From Patescibacteria group bacterium (lineage in GTDB: Bacteria; Patescibacteriota; Minisyncoccia; UBA6257; 2-01-FULL-56-20): a stretch of DNA of 64,000 bases. The stretch lies in the NCBI GenBank assembly GCA_018971305.1, contig JAGXBC010000003.1, forward strand, positions 156,325 through 220,324, written 5' to 3'. The translations under genes and the position numbers were made by a program. The notes beneath the pieces are model-generated. The model worked only from the letters and a program-made list of their open reading frames with translations. It was not told the DNA's origin and ran no database searches. Numbering within the stretch: the stretch's first letter is position 1; every line of letters starts with the position of its first letter. Positions 58,763 through 64,000 of the stretch are shown piece after piece.

Positions 58763-59053
58763 ATGCCATTGGAACGACATGGTGGCGTTACCTTAGGGAC
58801 ACACATCTCCTTCCATAATCGTGGTAATTATTGGAATCGTAAAGAACATAAAACAAACGAGTACGACGTAGTCGAGAAGCATAATTGTAGAAATATCCTT
58901 GGATACATCTACTGGTTTGCTCGTTGGCAAAAATACGTTTTTGAACCAAATTCTCGTACCGTCTACGAAGAAACATGTATGCGGGAAATAAGCCTGTTCA
59001 TTGAAGAAGAAACCAAAGCTCATAAAACGGCATCAAAGAACAAGCGGCAGTGA
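58763..59053 (+). CDS. hypothetical protein
   Basis: AAGGAG ribosome-binding site before the ATG at 58763; followed by a terminator. Confidence 0.45.
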   Translation: MPLERHGGVTLGTHISFHNRGNYWNRKEHKTNEYDVVEKHNCRNILGYIYWFARWQKYVFEPNSRTVYEETCMREISLFIEEETKAHKTASKNKRQ

Positions 59054-59057
59054 TCTG

Positions 59058-59087
59058 GCGGCGCGATAATATCAAGCCGCTTTTTTG
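59058..59087 (+). terminator. rho-independent terminator
   Basis: GCGGC…GCCGC stem followed by T6. Confidence 0.55.
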
Positions 59088-59323
59088 TTTGTTAAAATAT
59101 TCGACCATTTATTTTATTGGCTTAAAATGATCGTCCATTCTATATATAAAAAAGCAAAGCCCCTGCCGTTTCCGGAGGGACTAATGCCTTTGGATACTTA
59201 TTCCCTTTTTGCCTTTCCTCCTCACAAGGAAAAACCCAAAGGATAAAATTTCGTATCTTCGTGTTTAATTGTAACAAAATTGCCGAAATAAAAATAGAGC
59301 GGTTGTGGATATCCTTGAAACAC

Positions 59324-59818
59324 TTATTTAACGCTTAAAAGTTCTACCGTGAAATGCAATGTTGAATTCGCCGGTATTGAGCCAACCGCCTGACCACCAT
59401 AACCAAGCTCAGGGGGAATAACGAGGGTGCGCTTGCCGCCAACTTTCATTCCGGCAACACCCAAATCCCAACCCTGGATGACCTGCCCCTGCCCCAGCGT
59501 AAAACTAAACGGCTGCACATGCTGGAACTTCGCATTGGTATTGCTGTCAAAAATCGTGCCGTCATCAAGAGTACCGGTATAATTTACCGTAACCGTGTTG
59601 CCATTCTTAGCCTCTGAGCCAGTACCAACCGTTACGTCCGTAACTTTAAATTTAGACAAAATATCCGCCTGAGCCTGTGCTTGCGCCTGTGCTGCCGCTG
59701 CCTGATCCGCTGATTCTTGTTGTTGAGCTTTGTTGTCCAAGTTATGATTGTACCAAATTCCGCCAAAAACCAAAGCTACCGCAACCGCTACAAATATTGC
59801 AATTTTAAATGTTTTCAT
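59324..59818 (-). CDS. FKBP-type peptidyl-prolyl cis-trans isomerase (secreted)
   Basis: FKBP core (…GQVIQGWDLGVAGMKVGGKRTLVIPPELGYG…). Confidence 0.9.
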   Translation of the reverse strand: MKTFKIAIFVAVAVALVFGGIWYNHNLDNKAQQQESADQAAAAQAQAQAQADILSKFKVTDVTVGTGSEAKNGNTVTVNYTGTLDDGTIFDSNTNAKFQHVQPFSFTLGQGQVIQGWDLGVAGMKVGGKRTLVIPPELGYGGQAVGSIPANSTLHFTVELLSVK

Positions 59819-59835
59819 AAGATTATTTAATTATT

Positions 59836-60180
59836 CTAACTTATTTTCGATCCCGGTGGCGCCTCCTTGTCCACCGTTAGAATTATTGGCTCGCCATTCT
59901 CGTCGTGAGCCGCAAGGAGCATCCCCTGGCTCTCCAGCCCCATCAGCTTGCGCGGATCGAGATTGACGACTATCACAATTTCTCTTTGCAATAAACTTTC
60001 CGGCTCATATTTTTTTCCGATACCAGCCACGATTTGCCTCTTTCCAAGCCCCGAGCCGTCCGCTGAGTCGCCGCCAAGGTCAACTTCCAATTTAATTAAT
60101 TTCTCTGAATCCGGCACGCGTTCAGCAGCAAGCACGCGACCTACGCGCAAATCAATATTTTTAAATTCATCGAATGTCAC
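59836..60180 (-). CDS. tRNA-binding protein (CsaA/Trbp111-like OB fold)
   Basis: DLRVGRVLAAERVPDSEKLIKLEVDLG pattern. Confidence 0.8.
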   Translation of the reverse strand: MTFDEFKNIDLRVGRVLAAERVPDSEKLIKLEVDLGGDSADGSGLGKRQIVAGIGKKYEPESLLQREIVIVVNLDPRKLMGLESQGMLLAAHDENGEPIILTVDKEAPPGSKIS

Positions 60181-60248
60181 TAAAATATTTTAGCACGGAA
60201 ATTAATACAAATCAAAAAGGGGCGCCAAGCACCCCTATACCGAATAAA

Positions 60249-60476
60249 TTATCTTTTGCAGAAAACTTTATTCAATAATCTTTTAAAAAGTGCCGGCTTT
60301 TTCTTCGCCACCGGAAATAGATCTCTGCAAGCTTCAACCGTTATTTCTACCAAATCAGCTGATGGTTCTACGTCGAACAATCCCTTTTTTTCCATATTAA
60401 GCGCTGCCTGGATTAAATCCTCCGAAAACCCAAGATTACGAAGCTCTAGAGTATTTACATATCTCTTCTTGGCCAT
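60249..60476 (-). CDS. hypothetical small protein
   Basis: 75-aa ORF. Confidence 0.4.
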   Translation of the reverse strand: MAKKRYVNTLELRNLGFSEDLIQAALNMEKKGLFDVEPSADLVEITVEACRDLFPVAKKKPALFKRLLNKVFCKR

Positions 60477-60539
60477 ACTACCCCTCCTTTATATATCTAT
60501 TATATATCTATTAACTAGATGAATTATATTATTTATCTC

Positions 60540-60577
60540 TTATAAGCACAAACGATCCCGCTAAAAGCGGGATCGTT
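60540..60577 (-). terminator. perfect 11-bp hairpin terminator-like element
   Basis: AACGATCCCGC-TAAAA-GCGGGATCGTT. Confidence 0.55.
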
Positions 60578-60603
60578 GTTTAGATAAGGTTATCAGGAAA
60601 ATT

Positions 60604-61455
60604 TTAACCGTGGTTATTTATCTTATCTTGAAGACCCTTAATCTGGTCCAAAATCTGCTGAATTCTGTCTCTGAGACTCTGGGAATTGCTGTTCTGATTT
60701 CCGTTGCCGTTGTTGCCTTTGTTCTCTGATTGCGTTTCGTTCTCTCCGTTTTTTCCATTATTGGTATTCGTATCGTTTGAACTACGGGCCTTAAGCAAGC
60801 TGTAATCTCTTACAACCTGAGCATATACGACACCAGCATTATTCGGATCAACGCGTCCAGAGACACCAACCTCATCACCAACCTTTATTTGGCTAAAAGT
60901 CACATTGCCGGTAATATGTCCCCCTTCGTTACCTCCGCGGAACAACAGCTGGGGAGCGCTAGACAAATTTACCGTCCAGGTCGTACCCCAAACGCTGCCG
61001 ACAAAAGAATTTGTACCGACACTTACGACTTTCATGCCATGGGTAATAAACTGACCAGCCGGGTTAATGCTCAATTCCGGATTCTTGAAAAGTTGCGGCA
61101 CCGGAGGAGTAGTTGTAGTTTGCGGCAAAGAAGTTATCACGGCCGAACAAGTAGCATTCACCGTGCTTGTCGTAGTGTCACCAACCTGAACACCAGCCTG
61201 ATAAGTACCAGTGGCATTATACGTAGCGGAAACAACACTTGATGTGCTGCCACCGATATTGGTTCCCGTCCAAATGTATGAATATGCTGGAGCACCACCG
61301 CTTGCCGTTGCTGTCCAGGTTATGACGTTTTGTGCCACAGTACCCGAACAAGTTGCGGCTAAATCGGCAGTTTGCGCTCCAGCTAATCCTGCGACAGCAA
61401 GAGCGAGTCCGCCAGCCAAGCTAATAGCCAGCACCAATTTTTTATTTTTAATCAT
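60604..61455 (-). CDS. hypothetical secreted protein (Ig-like Thr/Ser/Gly-rich domain; Asn/Gly-rich C-terminal region)
   Basis: Signal peptide from MIKNKKLVLAISLAGGLALAVA. Confidence 0.5.
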   Translation of the reverse strand: MIKNKKLVLAISLAGGLALAVAGLAGAQTADLAATCSGTVAQNVITWTATASGGAPAYSYIWTGTNIGGSTSSVVSATYNATGTYQAGVQVGDTTTSTVNATCSAVITSLPQTTTTPPVPQLFKNPELSINPAGQFITHGMKVVSVGTNSFVGSVWGTTWTVNLSSAPQLLFRGGNEGGHITGNVTFSQIKVGDEVGVSGRVDPNNAGVVYAQVVRDYSLLKARSSNDTNTNNGKNGENETQSENKGNNGNGNQNSNSQSLRDRIQQILDQIKGLQDKINNHG

Positions 61456-62290
61456 CGTTATTATTTTTATTGTTTTCTGTTTCGACCTTTGTGTTTTCGG
61501 AATTATGATTACCATTTATCAACTGAGGGTTTTCTGTCCCAGAAGATTCTTCGTTGCCTTTAATGTTATACGTGGTTGTGGCATTTGTGTTACCGCTATC
61601 GTTCAAGGAATTAATATAGTTATTGGTGCTACTCGCAATGCCATCACACTTATCTCCGAACTTCTGTAATATCTTCGGGTTCTTACCCAAAATTCCCCTC
61701 AAATGCGATGAAGTTGAATTTATGAATAATTTATTCAGCGGATTGCAGAACGCCGGTACGCCGCTTTCGCTGCTCGTCGCTTCGTCTTTTTCGGCGCCCA
61801 GCAAAGAATCTTCGGCGTCATTCTCAAGTTTTGCCACCGCGATATTTACCTTGTAGTGCTGATCTTCCCGATTTGTCCCGCCCACATTACCCTCGCCGTT
61901 ATTCTTGTTATTGCTTTGCCCATTAACGGCTTCTATCTCGTTCAATCTCTCTTCTGCCATTTGAATCTGCAGTTGCGGCTTATCATTACTGCTCGCAAAA
62001 GCCAGAACCAACGACTCATGATATCTTTTCAGCGGATAAAGCGGACTTGTAGGATTAACACTTTGATTATCCGCATAAGCCGCCAGAATATTGGTGAATC
62101 CTATAATGGCGACAACAGCCAAAATCGTCCGAAAGGCAAAAGAAAATCTGTTCCGCGGAACGGTTTTCATAAACTTATTTTCAAATAGCGCCAAGAAGAC
62201 ACCGCGCGATTTCTTGGCGAATTCTTTTCCTGGCGCAAGCGTATTTCTTAACCTGCTCGGCAATTTATCTTGTTCAAAAAAATCTTTCAT
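61448..62290 (-). CDS. putative anti-sigma factor-like single-pass membrane protein
   Basis: Immediately downstream of the ECF sigma gene (1-nt gap); central TM segment; low-complexity Asn-rich extracytoplasmic tail. Confidence 0.45.
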   Translation of the reverse strand: MKDFFEQDKLPSRLRNTLAPGKEFAKKSRGVFLALFENKFMKTVPRNRFSFAFRTILAVVAIIGFTNILAAYADNQSVNPTSPLYPLKRYHESLVLAFASSNDKPQLQIQMAEERLNEIEAVNGQSNNKNNGEGNVGGTNREDQHYKVNIAVAKLENDAEDSLLGAEKDEATSSESGVPAFCNPLNKLFINSTSSHLRGILGKNPKILQKFGDKCDGIASSTNNYINSLNDSGNTNATTTYNIKGNEESSGTENPQLINGNHNSENTKVETENNKNNNDD

Positions 62291-62845
62291 TTATTTTTGG
62301 AAATGGTCGCGTATTTTTTGCTTGAGGCGGCTAGCGGAAACCCTAAGCGCACCTTCGGACTTTGCGGCAATCTCGGCTATTTCGCTATAAGACAGTTCGG
62401 CTATATAGCGGAGCTCAAATATTTCTTTTTCGTCGCTGGTCAAAGTATTCACGAACTTTTTTAAAATTTCTGCCTCAAATTTTACGTCTAGATCGATCCT
62501 ACCACCCTCGTCTTCCATTGAGTCCAAGAACATCTCGCTTAAATCAGAGAAGGTCTGGCTTTTTTTTGCACGGAAATAATCAATTATGGTGTTGTGCGCC
62601 AACCGCCAGAACCAGACAACAAAATTTCCTTTTTCTTTATCAAAACCGTCCAAATTATCTAAGGTCTTTAGAAATATATCCTGAGTCAGGTCTTCGGCAA
62701 GTTCGCGATTGCGTAATCTGTTCATGCAGAATCCGAACGTTTTGGAGAAAAGATTATCGTATAGTCCTTCGGCAGCTCCCTTGTCACCGTTTTTAGCGCG
62801 CAGAGCGAGCCGAGTCAGGTTGTCTTGTCCGATATTCAATTTCAT
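62291..62845 (-). CDS. ECF-type RNA polymerase sigma factor (sigma-70 family)
   Basis: Region 2 (…DLTQDIFLKTL…VVWFWRLAHNTIIDYFR) and region 4 (…ELRYIAELSYSEIAEI…). Confidence 0.8.
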   Translation of the reverse strand: MKLNIGQDNLTRLALRAKNGDKGAAEGLYDNLFSKTFGFCMNRLRNRELAEDLTQDIFLKTLDNLDGFDKEKGNFVVWFWRLAHNTIIDYFRAKKSQTFSDLSEMFLDSMEDEGGRIDLDVKFEAEILKKFVNTLTSDEKEIFELRYIAELSYSEIAEIAAKSEGALRVSASRLKQKIRDHFQK

Positions 62846-62932
62846 AGATAAATACGTTTTAAAAGATTTACTGTTACAAAGCAATGTATCATCTTTCAAC
62901 GAACATTGGAGTAACACCCTATTGGCTAACAG

Positions 62933-63499
62933 TTAGATTTCTTCCGATTCACGCCTTCTTGCCAAGATGCCAAGAAGGAGCAATAAAACAAATCCCGTGA
63001 GAGCCATAGTGGGAATCGTGACATAGCCATACTCCATAAAGTAAACGTGCGCGCAATCAGATGAGCCGTTTGCCGCGCAAGGAACAAGAGAGCTACCGCC
63101 AAACTGTAAATAAGAATTATATATTGAAATTGCACCGCCTATCACCGAAAGCGGAATAGTGTATTGCCACCATTTCTTTGATTTATTGGAGAGGGCAACA
63201 CCCAATATTACTACTTGAGGATAAAGGAAAATTCTCTGCCACCAGCATAAAACACAAGGGACAAATCCTACGATATCGGAATAAAACAAACTGACGATCA
63301 TTGCAATAAGAGCTATCAAAAAAGAGAATATGAGCGCCCTATCTTTAAAGAAACCTAACAATTTCCAGACCGCGTCGGCATCAGAGTTCTCCGCTGGTTT
63401 CTCTTTGAATGCGGCAAATAATAGAAACAAGGCCAACGCACCGCCAAAGACAGTGGCCAAAGAAAGTATATGAGTTACAGATTCTACTAGCGGAGACAT
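62933..63499 (-). CDS. disulfide bond formation protein B family (DsbB/BdbC-like)
   Basis: CVLCWWQRIFLYP motif; 4 TM segments; second Cys pair. Confidence 0.75.
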   Translation of the reverse strand: MSPLVESVTHILSLATVFGGALALFLLFAAFKEKPAENSDADAVWKLLGFFKDRALIFSFLIALIAMIVSLFYSDIVGFVPCVLCWWQRIFLYPQVVILGVALSNKSKKWWQYTIPLSVIGGAISIYNSYLQFGGSSLVPCAANGSSDCAHVYFMEYGYVTIPTMALTGFVLLLLLGILARRRESEEI

Positions 63500-63502
63500 T
63501 CT

Positions 63503-63886
63503 TTATTGAGCCGGCAATGTACAACCGGATTTATCGGCAAGCGTCTGCAATGAGGTTTCACCGGTGTTCCGCGAGCCGTCCGGAAAAACCCATGTAGGAT
63601 AACTTTGAATTCCCTTGTCTATACAGATCTGCGTCTGGCTTTCGTCTGGATTAGAACACTCAACGTAAGGTAAGAGATCAACGGCATTGCCGAATAACTT
63701 CTTTTGAGCCGCGCAATGCGGACACCAAAATGCTCCATAAAAAGCGACCCCTTTGTCCTTAAGACAGGAAGCGAAAGGACCTAAATTAGTTGGTCCCGGT
63801 TTAACTGATGGATAGATCAGGAACCCAAGACCCAAGACCACTAATATAGCCAAGATTATATAAAAACCCGTATTTTTTTTCTTCAT
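63503..63886 (-). CDS. thioredoxin-fold thiol-disulfide oxidoreductase (DsbA/BdbD-like)
   Basis: WCPHC active site; N-terminal TM anchor. Confidence 0.7.
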   Translation of the reverse strand: MKKKNTGFYIILAILVVLGLGFLIYPSVKPGPTNLGPFASCLKDKGVAFYGAFWCPHCAAQKKLFGNAVDLLPYVECSNPDESQTQICIDKGIQSYPTWVFPDGSRNTGETSLQTLADKSGCTLPAQ

Positions 63887-64000
63887 ATAATTATCAAACA
63901 ATAATAACAAATTATAGAAGAAAACGGTAGACGGCGATATTTTCAGGAATGAATTAAACGATGATAGGGTTTCCAAAAGTGATAAACAAAATAGCATCGT

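Overview
This 64-kb window looks like a chromosomal segment from a low-GC, small-genome bacterium. Several proteins are strikingly short (Obg 320 aa, EF-Ts 149 aa, ATP synthase delta 125 aa and epsilon 81 aa), and there are many small secreted or membrane hypotheticals. Those traits are reminiscent of Patescibacteria (the Candidate Phyla Radiation, CPR), but that is an inference, not a determination.

Housekeeping content:
- An ABC-2 exporter pair.
- fmt-def.
- An amidohydrolase-ftsW-murG-gltX array.
- murC flanked by two paralogous M23 peptidases.
- obg plus an ABC-F ATPase.
- A DEAD-box helicase.
- rpmA, rplI and ctpA.
- thpR-trmD.
- secDF.
- tRNA-Tyr(GTA).
- tsf-rpsB.
- nth and mpg.
- A complete F1Fo ATP synthase operon (atpB-E-F-H-A-G-D-C).
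- ogt, FKBP, and a CsaA-like tRNA-binding protein.
- An ECF sigma factor with a putative anti-sigma partner.
- A DsbB/DsbA-like pair.

Most notable observations:
1. A chromosomal three-gene module: a sigma-70 region-4 HTH protein, a single-pass membrane protein, and a TraD/VirD4-like P-loop ATPase with a roughly 440-aa disordered tail. It is translationally coupled to trmD.
2. Four independent frameshifts, each at a homopolymer run, splitting otherwise intact genes. One of them is an SGNH hydrolase sitting inside the ATP synthase operon.
3. A 27-nt direct repeat (25/27 identical) with a partial inverted copy, flanking a small gene next to tRNA-Tyr.
4. A CYTH / deaminase / cupin / alpha-beta-hydrolase cluster.
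5. Two PD-(D/E)XK nucleases with no CRISPR context.

No CRISPR array, rRNA or obvious transposase was seen. Hand-derived coordinates for terminators and repeats may be off by 1-2 nt.
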